From: Thermodesulfobacteriota bacterium
GTDB lineage: Bacteria > Desulfobacterota_D > UBA1144 > Nemesobacterales > JAJCZQ01
Length of the DNA: 64,000 nucleotides
NCBI GenBank assembly: GCA_965215275.1
Contig: OZ244044.1
Location: forward strand, 1,093,561 to 1,157,560
Direction of reading: 5' to 3'
Shown: positions 29,238 to 40,013 of the stretch, one piece after another
Layout of the letters: each line of letters starts with the position of its first letter
Numbering within the stretch: the stretch's first letter is position 1
Notes under the pieces: generated by a model
Seen by the model: the letters and a program-made list of their open reading frames with translations, nothing else
Told to the model about the DNA's origin: nothing
Databases searched by the model: none
Translations under genes and position numbers: made by a program

Positions 29238-30197
29238 CTAAACTGGTGAGATCTCAAGCATTCTGTTAATGGACCTTCTGGCTTTTGCAGCAATTTCGCT
29301 TGGAACGTCAACTTCGTAAATTTCTTCCCTGAGCGATATCAGGACCTTTTCAAGCGTTATCATCTTCATGTACTCACAGACGGCGGATTCATTTGCGGCA
29401 AAGAAAGTTTTTTCCGGATTCTCCTTCCTCATTCTATGCAGAATGCCAGTTTCCGTTGCAACAATAAACTCATTTGCATCAGAAGAACAGGCGTGCTTTA
29501 CCATACCGCCGGTAGATAGGAATTTTATATCATCAGGTAGTTCCTTTCCTTCCTTCACGCTTTGATAAAGGTAAGTTGTAGTGCAGCCACATTCGGGATG
29601 AACTATCATATCCGCCTCGGGATGTTCTTTTTTCATGGTCTTAATGTCCTTAACCTTTATTCCGGCGTGCACGTGGCACTCGCCGGGCCAGATATGGATG
29701 TTATCCCTTCCAGTTACTTTTGCCACGTAAGCTCCAAGAAACATATCGGGCAGAAACAGTATCTCCCGATCACTTGGAATTGCCTTTACCACCTGCACGG
29801 CATTTGACGAAGTTACACAGTAATCAGTCTCAGATTTAACTTCCGCAGAAGTATTAACATAAGAAACCACTACCGCCTCCGGGTGTTCACTTTTCCATTC
29901 TTTGAGTTTTTTCATATCTATGGTCTCAGCAAGGGAGCATCCTGCATCCAGATCGGGAATTAAAACTTTTTTATCAGGAGATATTATAGATGCCGTTTCA
30001 GCCATAAAATGAACTCCGCAGAAAACTATCATCTCAGAATCAGTAACGGACGCCTTTTGTGACAGTCCAAGCGAATCCCCAACGTAATCTGCAACGTCCT
30101 GCACTTCGGGAAGTTGATAATTGTGTGCAAGAATAATGGCTTTTTTCTTAATTCTCAGCTCATTGATCTCTTCCACTATGCCGCTTATATCTTTCAT
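29238..30197 (-). CDS. nadA: quinolinate synthase
   Basis: 319 aa, NadA family, conserved Cys ligands. Confidence 0.85.
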   Translation of the reverse strand: MKDISGIVEEINELRIKKKAIILAHNYQLPEVQDVADYVGDSLGLSQKASVTDSEMIVFCGVHFMAETASIISPDKKVLIPDLDAGCSLAETIDMKKLKEWKSEHPEAVVVSYVNTSAEVKSETDYCVTSSNAVQVVKAIPSDREILFLPDMFLGAYVAKVTGRDNIHIWPGECHVHAGIKVKDIKTMKKEHPEADMIVHPECGCTTTYLYQSVKEGKELPDDIKFLSTGGMVKHACSSDANEFIVATETGILHRMRKENPEKTFFAANESAVCEYMKMITLEKVLISLREEIYEVDVPSEIAAKARRSINRMLEISPV

Positions 30198-30256
30198 TTT
30201 TGTTCAACCACCGCTTCTTGCAGAATAACAAGAAAAGTGGATCATTGTAAGGATTA

Positions 30257-31120
30257 TTATATCATATCAAGGCTTATATCTAAAGCCTGAGCCGAATGAG
30301 TTAAAGCACCCACAGAAATAAGGTTCACCCCCAACTCCGCCACCTGCCTTACTCTTTCTAAAGTAATTCCACCGGAAGCTTCTATAAGCGCTTTTTCTCC
30401 TATAATGCAAACCGCTTCCTTCATTAAGTTATCCGGCATGTTATCGAGCATTATAATATCCGCTCCTGCCTCCAGGGATTGCTCCACCTGATCCAATCTT
30501 GAAGTTTCAACCTCTATCTTATGGTCAGAACATAAGTTTCGCTTGATCTTTTCAACTGCCTGCTTAATACCACCTGCAAGTTTAATGTGATTGTCTTTTA
30601 TAAGTATCCCATCCGAAAGTCCTATCCTGTGATTATGTCCCCCTCCCACTCTTACCGCGTATTTGCTAAGTATTCGCATGCCTGGAACGGTTTTTCTCGT
30701 ATCAATTATCTTAACGTTGTATCCTTCCACCGCTTTTACGTACTTGGATGTGGCAGTTGCTATACCACTAAGCCTCTGAAGTATATTAAGTGCCAGCCTT
30801 TCTCCTGTAAGAATGTATTTTTGTGAACCCCTTATTTTCACTATCAAGTCACCAGCGTTCATCTTATCCCCGTCGCTTTTAGAACTTAAAAACTCGACAG
30901 AACTATCAAGTTTTCTGAATACTTCGCTTGCAACAGGAAGGCCTGCCAAGATTCCACCCTCCTTGCACCTGATCTCAGCGTTACACTCAATAGTTTTTGG
31001 AAAAAGCAACTCAGTGGTAATGTCACCTTTACCCACATCCTCTTCCAGTGCCAGATCTATGATCTTTTCAACCTTTGCCCAATCAAGACCGTAACTGCTC
31101 ATAATAACAGTATTATACAA
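30257..31120 (-). CDS. nadC: nicotinate-nucleotide pyrophosphorylase (carboxylating)
   Basis: 287 aa, QRPTase family. Confidence 0.85.
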   Translation of the reverse strand: MYNTVIMSSYGLDWAKVEKIIDLALEEDVGKGDITTELLFPKTIECNAEIRCKEGGILAGLPVASEVFRKLDSSVEFLSSKSDGDKMNAGDLIVKIRGSQKYILTGERLALNILQRLSGIATATSKYVKAVEGYNVKIIDTRKTVPGMRILSKYAVRVGGGHNHRIGLSDGILIKDNHIKLAGGIKQAVEKIKRNLCSDHKIEVETSRLDQVEQSLEAGADIIMLDNMPDNLMKEAVCIIGEKALIEASGGITLERVRQVAELGVNLISVGALTHSAQALDISLDMI

Positions 31121-31214
31121 CCCTGACGCTTTTATTGTAAATTAAATAACTATGCGAGGTTCCAGAAGACATAACTGTATATTCTCTTAAGAAGGCAAAA
31201 AAAGACGCGTCAGA

Positions 31215-32831
31215 CTAAAGGGATATCTTATAAGGAACGGAACCTTTTTTAACGGCAAAATGGAGATTTAGCTTTTTATCTTCCATTGGAAAATCAGCTC
31301 TGATATGAGAACCCCGGGATTCTTCCCTTATGTACGCCGACCTTGCGATCAGCATACTCACGTTCACCATGCTGGAGATCTTGTATTTTATCCACCCGGA
31401 CAGCTCTTCAACTTCCTTTGTAATATCCTCAAGTTCTTCCAGGTGTGAACTTATCCCGTTCCCGTCTCTCACGATCCCGAGTTTTTTATTGTTCTGGTCT
31501 AATATCCTGTCTCTCAACATACTGTATTTTTCCCCGTCACCTTCCGATATGGAAAAAATGAGGGTAGGGATGTCCGGCCGAAAAGACCTGCTCACTTCAG
31601 TTTTATTTCTTACGAACATATCAACTGCTCTTTTTGCAAATACCATACATTCCAAAAGAGAATTACTTGCAAGTCTGTTTGCTCCGTGAACTCCCGTACA
31701 TGCAGCCTCTCCACAGGCAAAAAAACCGCTGAGACTGGTTTCTCCGTTAAGTCCGGTCCTGACCCCTCCGATCGTGTAATGTGCTGCGGGAGCAACCGGG
31801 ATCAAGTCCTGCGTCAGATCAAAACCGTTCTGAAGGCACAGGCTGTATATATTGGTAAATCTTTTCTTTACAAATTCCGGGTCAAGATGTTCCAGGGTAA
31901 GGTAGACGCAGTCGTGTCCTGAACGCCTGATCTCGTTATATATAACTTTTGAAACCACGTCCCTGGGTGCAAGTTCTCCAAGGTCATGATGATCCTTCAT
32001 GAACCTTTTCCCATCTATATTCACAAGGTGTGCACCTTCACCTCTGACCGCCTCGGTTATTAAAAACGTTTTTCCTTTTTTTGTGTAAAATGCCGTCGGG
32101 TGAAACTGAATAAATTCCATGTCCATAAGTTCTGCACCAGCTCTGTAGGCAAGATCAATTCCCTCGCCGGTCGATCCTTCAGAATTGGTGGTGGGTTTGA
32201 AAAGTGCCGAAGCTCCCCCGGCTGCCAGTATTGTGGAACTTGAGCGTATAAGTACGTATTTTAACCTCTTCTGATCGTACGCCCAGGCACCGAAACAGCT
32301 TTTTTCATCGGACACGAGGTCCGTGACCGTTGTAAGTTCAAGCAGTCTGATATTTGAATTATTAACCACGGACGAAATTAGAAAGTTTACCGTTCTTTCC
32401 CCGGTTGAATTACCTCCCGCGTGTAAGACCCTTCTTCTTGAATGACCTCCTTCCAGACCAAGAGCAAGACCTTCCTCGTCGTAGTCAAACTTCATACCAA
32501 GGTCGATCAGGTCCAGTACCCTTTCCGCTCCATCTTTAACGAGTATGTTAACCGCTGCAATGTTACAAAGACCGCCGCCGGCGTTTACAGTGTCCATTTT
32601 ATGAAAAGCAGTTGAGTCTTCAGAATCGATCGCAGCTGCTATTCCTCCCTGTGCCCAGTAAGAGTTGCTTTCGATAAGGGTTGACTTTGTAACGACCACC
32701 ACGCTTCCGAAGCTTGAAGCGTAGCTGGCAGCGTAAAGTCCGGCTATGCCGCTGCCGATGATCAGAAAATCGGTGTTTAATTCTAAAAAGTCCAAATTTT
32801 CCAGTTTATCCGCCATAAATGTCCGATACAA
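31215..32831 (-). CDS. nadB: L-aspartate oxidase
   Basis: 538 aa, FAD-binding GSGIAGL, succinate dehydrogenase/fumarate reductase flavoprotein family, in the nadA-nadC-nadB operon. Confidence 0.85.
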   Translation of the reverse strand: MYRTFMADKLENLDFLELNTDFLIIGSGIAGLYAASYASSFGSVVVVTKSTLIESNSYWAQGGIAAAIDSEDSTAFHKMDTVNAGGGLCNIAAVNILVKDGAERVLDLIDLGMKFDYDEEGLALGLEGGHSRRRVLHAGGNSTGERTVNFLISSVVNNSNIRLLELTTVTDLVSDEKSCFGAWAYDQKRLKYVLIRSSSTILAAGGASALFKPTTNSEGSTGEGIDLAYRAGAELMDMEFIQFHPTAFYTKKGKTFLITEAVRGEGAHLVNIDGKRFMKDHHDLGELAPRDVVSKVIYNEIRRSGHDCVYLTLEHLDPEFVKKRFTNIYSLCLQNGFDLTQDLIPVAPAAHYTIGGVRTGLNGETSLSGFFACGEAACTGVHGANRLASNSLLECMVFAKRAVDMFVRNKTEVSRSFRPDIPTLIFSISEGDGEKYSMLRDRILDQNNKKLGIVRDGNGISSHLEELEDITKEVEELSGWIKYKISSMVNVSMLIARSAYIREESRGSHIRADFPMEDKKLNLHFAVKKGSVPYKISL

Positions 32832-32834
32832 ACA

Positions 32835-35474
32835 TCATCCCGCCAGAACTTCCATGAGCATATTCTTTATTCTCTCAAGCTTCCTGGCATCAAAGACTTT
32901 TTTGTTCCTGCCGTCAGATACATAAAATACATCAACGGCCTGATCGACCTTTGTTGAGATCTTTGCATAGTTTATATTAAGTCCGAGCTTGGTCAGCGTT
33001 TTTGTAATGTCATAAAGCAGACCCGTGCGGTCATGAGCATAGATATCGATTACGGTGGAATGATCTGATGAATCGTTATCAAACTCAATCCTGGCAGGAT
33101 ATTCAGGGATGCTTTTCTGATACAGGGACTGACTGGACATTCGTTTTCTGACCAGGTCTTCCACGCTGATCCTGTTCTCCAGTACGTCTTTGATGTTTGA
33201 ATCTATTTTATTCCACATCGTCTCGTTCCGGTCTGAGGTCAGTCTGCTCAGATAATCAATGTAAAACACGTCCAGCACTCTGCCGTCTTTGGTAGTGGAC
33301 AGTCTTGCACCCAGTATGTTTATGTCGCTTGCGCTTAACACCCCGCATATCTTATATATAAGGCCTTTTTGATCACTTCCCCAGAAGACAAACTCGTCAT
33401 GATCGTCCTTGGGATGAGGGATCAGATCGGTAACGGTCTTTGAACCGGCCCTGGTCGCGATCTGAATATGATGAGCGATGGACTTGGGAACATGAACGTA
33501 TAAGTATGAGAAAGGAAGCCTTTCAAGAAATTTTCTGACGTCTTCCTTTTCCATTTTACCTTTCAGGAACTTCATCGTCCTGTTCATCGTGTACCTGATA
33601 CGTTTCTCGATTGATTCGGTCGTATAGTCCCCTACTTCAAAATATTTTGAAGTCCTCAGGTACAGTTCTCTCAGCAGCATGCCTTTCCAGTTGGTCCAGA
33701 CGTCAGGACCGACGGACCTTATATCGGCAAACGTCAGCAGATAAAGCAGGTTCAGTGTTTCCATACTCCTTAACATGTGCGTTAATCTCTCTATAAGGCT
33801 TATATCGTGCAGGTCCCTTCTTTGTGAAAAGTGGGACATAACAAGATGGTTCTTAACCAGGAACTCAAGCTGCTCTGCATCCTGCTTCTGCAAGCCCATT
33901 CTTTTGGCGATCTTTGATGCCATTACAGCTCCTGTCTCAGCATGATTTCTACCCGAACCCTTACCGGCATCATGGATCAGGCACGCAAGGTACAGAACAT
34001 CCCGCTTTACCACGGATTCGGCGATCTTGGTCAAAAGAGGGAACTCCTCTTCATACTTATAGCTTATGAGGTCTTCTACTTCACGAACCATCATTATAGA
34101 ATGCACGTCGGTCGTATAAACGTGATAGGCGTCATGCTGTACCATACACACTATCTTGCCGAATTCCGGCATGTAGTGCCCGAGAACTCTGAGTTCGTTC
34201 ATTAAAAACAGGGTCTTTGCAACGTTGTTCCCGGTTCTCAAGATCCTGAGAAAAGCACTGTTAAAACGGCCGTTCCTTCTGGTCTTATCGTCTATACGAG
34301 CTGAATTTTCCCATATAAGCCACGTAAGATGTGTGCTCATTTCAACTTTATACTTATCCGCGTATTCGAACGCACGGATAAAATTAACTGGGTCTTCTCT
34401 GAATATATCTTTATCTTTCACCGACAGCTGGCCTCTTCTGATCACAAAACCATTATCTACGTGTCTGCTTCTTCTGAAAAAATGCCACCTGTTGGTAGCC
34501 AGACATTCATCGACTATTTTTTTAGAGTGCATGTGGCTTAATCTGGCCCTTAAATAATAAACCCGCATGAACTTCTCAACTGCCTTGATCTTGGAATCCT
34601 TGTAATTAAAGAACTTTGAAACTTTCTCCTGAAGTTCAAAGCTGAGCCTGTCATCCCTTCTGCCGGACTGATAGTGCATCTCGGACCTTACTGCAAGAAG
34701 GAAGTTATAGCACCTTTCAATTATCTGATACTCCTTTGAACTGATAACGCTTTTATTTAAAAGAGACAGCAGGTCCCGGCTCTTGTACTTTGCCTTGGCG
34801 ATCCAAAGAGCTGACTGTATATCCCTTAATCCCCCCTCTCCTTCTTTGACGTTAGGCTCCAGCAGATATAAGGAACCGCCGAACTTTTTAACCCGATTTA
34901 CAGTTTCATTGAACTTGCGCTTTATGAACTTTCCGGAAATTTTCGGCAGGACCTGACCGTATATCGTTGTATCAAGTTTGTCAGAGAGGAGCTTATCACC
35001 GTAAATGTGATGACAGTCCATCAGAGAGGTCAGGATGGTGGTATCTTCATCGTAGGACAGGTCTCTGCATTCCTCTATGGTCCTTACCGAGTGCCCGACG
35101 TCAAGATTTAAGTCCCATAAGAAATACACCAGTGATTCAACCATATTTTTAACAAGGGACCTGTTTTTCTTGGTATGAAGAAAGAGCAGGTCTATATCAG
35201 AATAAGGACAGAGTTCTCTGCGGCCGTACCCTCCAATGGCCACAACGGAAACCCCTTTGAGATCTTCAAAGCCAAACCCCTCTAAAACACGTATGATAAG
35301 CTGGTCATAGACCTTTGATCTTTCCTTGCAGAGTTCGATCCCAAAGCTGGACTTGTATTTCCTGTTCCTTTTATGCTTTGCATGCAGGCTGGACTTTGCC
35401 TGGTCAAAGTAAGTTTTTATATCTGCTGTAAAGTCTTCTTTTTCTTTTACGGACAGTGGGTTCTTTATCTTATC
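32835..35474 (-). CDS. glnD: [protein-PII] uridylyltransferase/uridylyl-removing enzyme GlnD. The track ORF starts at GTG 35243, but the conserved N-terminal about 77 aa is encoded upstream (35244-35474) with no canonical start.
   Basis: Nucleotidyltransferase GGYGRREL...DIDLL, HD domain, two C-terminal ACT domains. The upstream in-frame translation (DKIKNPLSVKEKEDFTADIKTYFDQAKSSLHAKHKRNRKYKSSFGIELCKERSKVYDQLIIRVLEGFGFEDLKGVSVVAIGGYGR) matches the GlnD N-terminal region. Confidence 0.75.
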   Translation of the reverse strand, partial: DKIKNPLSVKEKEDFTADIKTYFDQAKSSLHAKHKRNRKYKSSFGIELCKERSKVYDQLIIRVLEGFGFEDLKGVSVVAIGGYGRRELCPYSDIDLLFLHTKKNRSLVKNMVESLVYFLWDLNLDVGHSVRTIEECRDLSYDEDTTILTSLMDCHHIYGDKLLSDKLDTTIYGQVLPKISGKFIKRKFNETVNRVKKFGGSLYLLEPNVKEGEGGLRDIQSALWIAKAKYKSRDLLSLLNKSVISSKEYQIIERCYNFLLAVRSEMHYQSGRRDDRLSFELQEKVSKFFNYKDSKIKAVEKFMRVYYLRARLSHMHSKKIVDECLATNRWHFFRRSRHVDNGFVIRRGQLSVKDKDIFREDPVNFIRAFEYADKYKVEMSTHLTWLIWENSARIDDKTRRNGRFNSAFLRILRTGNNVAKTLFLMNELRVLGHYMPEFGKIVCMVQHDAYHVYTTDVHSIMMVREVEDLISYKYEEEFPLLTKIAESVVKRDVLYLACLIHDAGKGSGRNHAETGAVMASKIAKRMGLQKQDAEQLEFLVKNHLVMSHFSQRRDLHDISLIERLTHMLRSMETLNLLYLLTFADIRSVGPDVWTNWKGMLLRELYLRTSKYFEVGDYTTESIEKRIRYTMNRTMKFLKGKMEKEDVRKFLERLPFSYLYVHVPKSIAHHIQIATRAGSKTVTDLIPHPKDDHDEFVFWGSDQKGLIYKICGVLSASDINILGARLSTTKDGRVLDVFYIDYLSRLTSDRNETMWNKIDSNIKDVLENRISVEDLVRKRMSSQSLYQKSIPEYPARIEFDNDSSDHSTVIDIYAHDRTGLLYDITKTLTKLGLNINYAKISTKVDQAVDVFYVSDGRNKKVFDARKLERIKNMLMEVLAG

Positions 35475-36101
35475 TCACCTCTTGTAGCTTATGGATATAC
35501 CATCCCTGATCGTTACGAAATCAGTTATAAACCTGCGGTCACTGCATATCAGTTCATTAAAGGTCTTAACTCCCCTTGTGCCGGGTGAATCATCTTCCTG
35601 CAGTACCTTCCCGCTCCAGATCACGTTATCGGTTATAAGCAGACCGCCTTCGTTCAGTTTATCATAGGACAGGTCGATAACGTCCGGATAAAACTCCTTG
35701 TCAACGTCATTGAATATAATATCGAACCTGTCATCCGTTTCTCTCAGTATATTCAGTGAATCTCCCGTATGAAATTCCATCAGATCTTCGATGTCGGCCT
35801 TTTTAAAGAAATAAAGTGCTTTTTCCCTGTTCTTCTCCGAGTAATCGGTACAGAGCAGTCTGCCATCAGTTCCCAGTGCTTTTGCAAACCAGTAGGACGA
35901 ATAACCAAAGCCCGAACCGAGTTCGAATATCTTTCTCGCACGGCTCATCAGAGCGACCATGGAAAGAAAATGTCCGGCAAGTGGACCTACTATCGGAACC
36001 TCGTTCTCTGAGGCATAATCGTGCATTTCATCCAGTATCTCGGAAGCATCGATCGTCCTTTCCATGATGTATTTTTCTATCTTTGCGTCGATCAGGTTCA
36101 T
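35475..36101 (-). CDS. class I SAM-dependent O-methyltransferase (caffeoyl-CoA OMT-like)
   Basis: 208 aa, O-methyltransferase family 3 pattern (GSGFGYSS). Confidence 0.65.
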   Translation of the reverse strand: MNLIDAKIEKYIMERTIDASEILDEMHDYASENEVPIVGPLAGHFLSMVALMSRARKIFELGSGFGYSSYWFAKALGTDGRLLCTDYSEKNREKALYFFKKADIEDLMEFHTGDSLNILRETDDRFDIIFNDVDKEFYPDVIDLSYDKLNEGGLLITDNVIWSGKVLQEDDSPGTRGVKTFNELICSDRRFITDFVTIRDGISISYKR

Positions 36102-36679
36102 TTCAGTTCCTCCGGTCCCTTACCAAAATCAACTAATGTCTCATCGCAGCTGGCCCTTTTGTTCTCTATTCTTGCCATCATAAAAAGCAGGTCGGAAAGT
36201 CTGTTTAAATATTTTATTCCCATAGAGTTTACCGGGTGCTTCTCGGAAAGTTCCACAAGGTTTCTCTCCGCACGTCTGCAGACCGTTCTTGCATGATGTA
36301 TATAGGGAGTTCCATAAATCCCGGATGGAAGGATGAACTCCTTCAGATCCCCCACCTCCGCGTGAAATTCATCTATATGTTCCTCAAGCTGTCCGATCAT
36401 CCGCTCTGAGACCCTCGGGACCTTGCCCGCAAAGTCATCAGGGGTAGCCAGGTCACTGCCGAGTATAAAAAGATCGTTCTGCAACTGCGTTAAAATACTT
36501 TTCAAACAGGTGTTCCTTACGCGGCTTACAGCAATGCCAATCACCGAGTTCAGTTCATCCACGTCGCCATATGCTTTAACTCTGGGCGAGAACTTATCAA
36601 CCCTGCTGCCATCAGCAAGAGACGTTCTTCCCTTATCTCCCGTTTTTGTATAGACCTTTGTAATTCTTTTTTTAGCCAT
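36098..36679 (-). CDS. pduO: ATP:cob(I)alamin adenosyltransferase, PduO type
   Basis: 193 aa; N-terminal KVYTKTGDKGRTSL is the PduO-type signature. Confidence 0.8.
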   Translation of the reverse strand: MAKKRITKVYTKTGDKGRTSLADGSRVDKFSPRVKAYGDVDELNSVIGIAVSRVRNTCLKSILTQLQNDLFILGSDLATPDDFAGKVPRVSERMIGQLEEHIDEFHAEVGDLKEFILPSGIYGTPYIHHARTVCRRAERNLVELSEKHPVNSMGIKYLNRLSDLLFMMARIENKRASCDETLVDFGKGPEELK

Positions 36680-36907
36680 CTGTAAGATCAGAACAAGCTT
36701 TTTATTAAACCATGAGTTTTATATAAGATATAAAATTTCTGAGCAGTTCCTGCAGTTGTTACACTGCCACAAACCGCTGTGATACAAGGTTCATATCTTT
36801 TATCATTCCAGGCAAAACTTCCGAACAAAATAAGATTACTGATATTGAAGATAAAATTAAAGTATGTAGATTAGTAATCCAGTTTATATCTTGGTTAATA
36901 ACATTAT

Positions 36908-37390
36908 ATGCCTTTTCCAGAGGATTTGACAGAAAAGATAAATGAAGTGGTCAGTGGTCATGAAACCAGGCGGTCATCCCTGATACCAGTACTGCGAGAA
37001 GTCCAGGATCATTATGGCTGGATATCCAGCGGGTCAATGGAAAAAGTAGCGGATATCCTGGATATCTCACCTTCCGATGTTCAGGCCGTTGCCACTTTTT
37101 ACACGATGTTTTTCACAAAGCCAAAGGGAAAACACGTCATATGGGTATGCAGAACCCTGTCGTGTGCCCTCAAAGGGGCGGAACACGTTGAGCATTATCT
37201 GTGCGATAAACTGAACCTCAAGACGGGAGAGACAAGTAAAGACGGCAAAATAACTTTAATGGAAGCCGAATGCCTCGCGTCGTGCGGCACTGCACCGGCC
37301 ATGCTGGTTGACGACACCCTTCACGAAAACTTGACAAAAGAAAAAGTTGACAGAGTTATTGATAACCTGATCAAAAACCAGCCTGTTTAA
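36908..37390 (+). CDS. NuoE/HoxF-like 2Fe-2S thioredoxin-like ferredoxin (NADH dehydrogenase 24 kDa subunit family)
   Basis: 160 aa with four Cys (CRTLSC...CLASCGTAP) in the NuoE pattern. Confidence 0.7.
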   Translation: MPFPEDLTEKINEVVSGHETRRSSLIPVLREVQDHYGWISSGSMEKVADILDISPSDVQAVATFYTMFFTKPKGKHVIWVCRTLSCALKGAEHVEHYLCDKLNLKTGETSKDGKITLMEAECLASCGTAPAMLVDDTLHENLTKEKVDRVIDNLIKNQPV

Positions 37391-37405
37391 AATGAACTTA
37401 CTACC

Positions 37406-38443
<1,038 letters not shown>

Positions 38444-38481
38444 TCCTGAACAGACGATATTATACTTCTTTGCTCCCACCA

Positions 38482-38835
38482 CTAAAGGAAGTTGTAGATC
38501 AAATTAAAAACGTACTTCAGGTTGGGAGAGTTCTTTTGTAATTCAAGCTTGGGAGATAAAGTGCTGATGCTCGGGAACAGAAGTTCGTTGTATATCTCGG
38601 CTATTTTCTGAAACTCCTCGAACTCTATTCGCAATGAGTCATAGATCTTCAGAGGCCTTACGTTTTTTTCAGCACTGGATATCCTGATCCCTTCACCTTC
38701 CACCTTTGCCAGGAACCACCTCTCACAATCAGGGTCAGGAAGTTCAACTCCCTGACCGACCTTTTTCATTAGAATTTCCCATTCATCTTTTTTTGATTCG
38801 CTGAAGTCCAGCTTTCTGTCTGTTAATATCGGCAT
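38482..38835 (-). CDS. hypothetical protein
   Basis: 117-aa ORF, no recognisable motif. Confidence 0.3.
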   Translation of the reverse strand: MPILTDRKLDFSESKKDEWEILMKKVGQGVELPDPDCERWFLAKVEGEGIRISSAEKNVRPLKIYDSLRIEFEEFQKIAEIYNELLFPSISTLSPKLELQKNSPNLKYVFNLIYNFL

Positions 38836-38906
38836 CTTTTACTCCTCAAACCATTTTAAAACTAAGCATCAATTATACACCAATAATTTCTGAATTTATA
38901 CACAAG

Positions 38907-40013
38907 CTAGTTATAAACCCGTATCTCATTGTAAAGAGCATCTCTTTCCACGGGTGTGTAGCCGGAGTTCCTGATCATATTAACCATAAAATCCCTGCTG
39001 TGTCCGACCTCCGAGGGAGCACCTGCATCATGGATGATCTTTTCTCTCATGATCGTCCCATCAGCGTCACTTGCCCCGTAGTGAAGTGCCACCTGGGCCG
39101 CTTTTTCGCCCAGAGTGATCCAGTACGCCTTTATATGGGGAAAGTTATCAAGATAAAGCCTTGCAAGTGCGTGGATCTTCATATCATAAGAAGCGGGGAA
39201 TGGTCTGACATTTTTCAGTCCGGTGTTCTCAGGCTGAAACAACACGGGTATGAATGCAAAAAAGCCCGGCGATTCGTCTTCAACGTTCCTGAGCCTCTCC
39301 AGATGATCCACAACGTGAAACGGTTCCTCCACGTGACCATAGAGAATGGTCGCATTGGAAGGTATTCCCAGGGCATGAGCGATTCTGTGTATCTCTTCCC
39401 AGCGAGTGGCAACGGTCTTAGGAGCACATATCTTCCTTCTGACGTCGGGATGAAGTATCTCAGCCCCTCCACCGGTCAAAGCGTCTATACCGGCTTTCTT
39501 CAGACTCAAAAGCACGTCCTCTATGGAAGTACCGCTGATCTCGGTAAACCAGTCGATCTCGACCGCAGTAAAGGCCTTTACGTGAGTCTGGGGATATTTG
39601 TCTTTTATAGTGCTTACGATGTCAAGGTATCGTTCAAATTCCCAGTCGGGATGAAGTCCACCAACGATGTGAACCTCGCGTATCTCATCGTTCAGCATTG
39701 AAAGTATCTGTTCATGTGAAAGTTCATAGGCGTTTGCGGATTTTTTTGTAGTGCCAAACGCACAGAAACGACATGATATGGCACAGATGTTCGAAGGATT
39801 AATGTGTCTGTTAACCACAAAATAGACCTTGTCATCAGTTCTCTTTCTTTTAACGTAATCTGCCATCATGCCAATTGCGGCAAGGTCGCTTGAGTTCATT
39901 ATCTTTATGCCGTCGTCAAAGCTGATACGTTCATCGCACCTTATTTTTTCCACGATGGGCATAAGGGATACATCAGTACAAAACAGCTCTATATTTTCCA
40001 ATAACCGCTCCAC
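38907..40013 (-). CDS. radical SAM enzyme of the futalosine menaquinone pathway (MqnC/MqnE family)
   Basis: 368 aa, CxxxCxxC (AISCRFCAF), MqnC/MqnE-like length and layout. Clustered with UbiD/UbiX/UbiA-like genes. Confidence 0.65.
   Translation of the reverse strand: MERLLENIELFCTDVSLMPIVEKIRCDERISFDDGIKIMNSSDLAAIGMMADYVKRKRTDDKVYFVVNRHINPSNICAISCRFCAFGTTKKSANAYELSHEQILSMLNDEIREVHIVGGLHPDWEFERYLDIVSTIKDKYPQTHVKAFTAVEIDWFTEISGTSIEDVLLSLKKAGIDALTGGGAEILHPDVRRKICAPKTVATRWEEIHRIAHALGIPSNATILYGHVEEPFHVVDHLERLRNVEDESPGFFAFIPVLFQPENTGLKNVRPFPASYDMKIHALARLYLDNFPHIKAYWITLGEKAAQVALHYGASDADGTIMREKIIHDAGAPSEVGHSRDFMVNMIRNSGYTPVERDALYNEIRVYN

Noticed and set aside
26400-35477. Hypothesis that in-frame TGA codons (paralog 2 at 26400; OMT/glnD junction at 35475) indicate a genome-wide UGA→Trp/Gly recoded genetic code
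   Set aside because: TGA clearly terminates conserved genes at their expected ends (argB at 453-455, gltD at 47601-47603, the prfB frameshift stop). The paralog-1 orthologous codon is TGG, which points to a point mutation rather than recoding.
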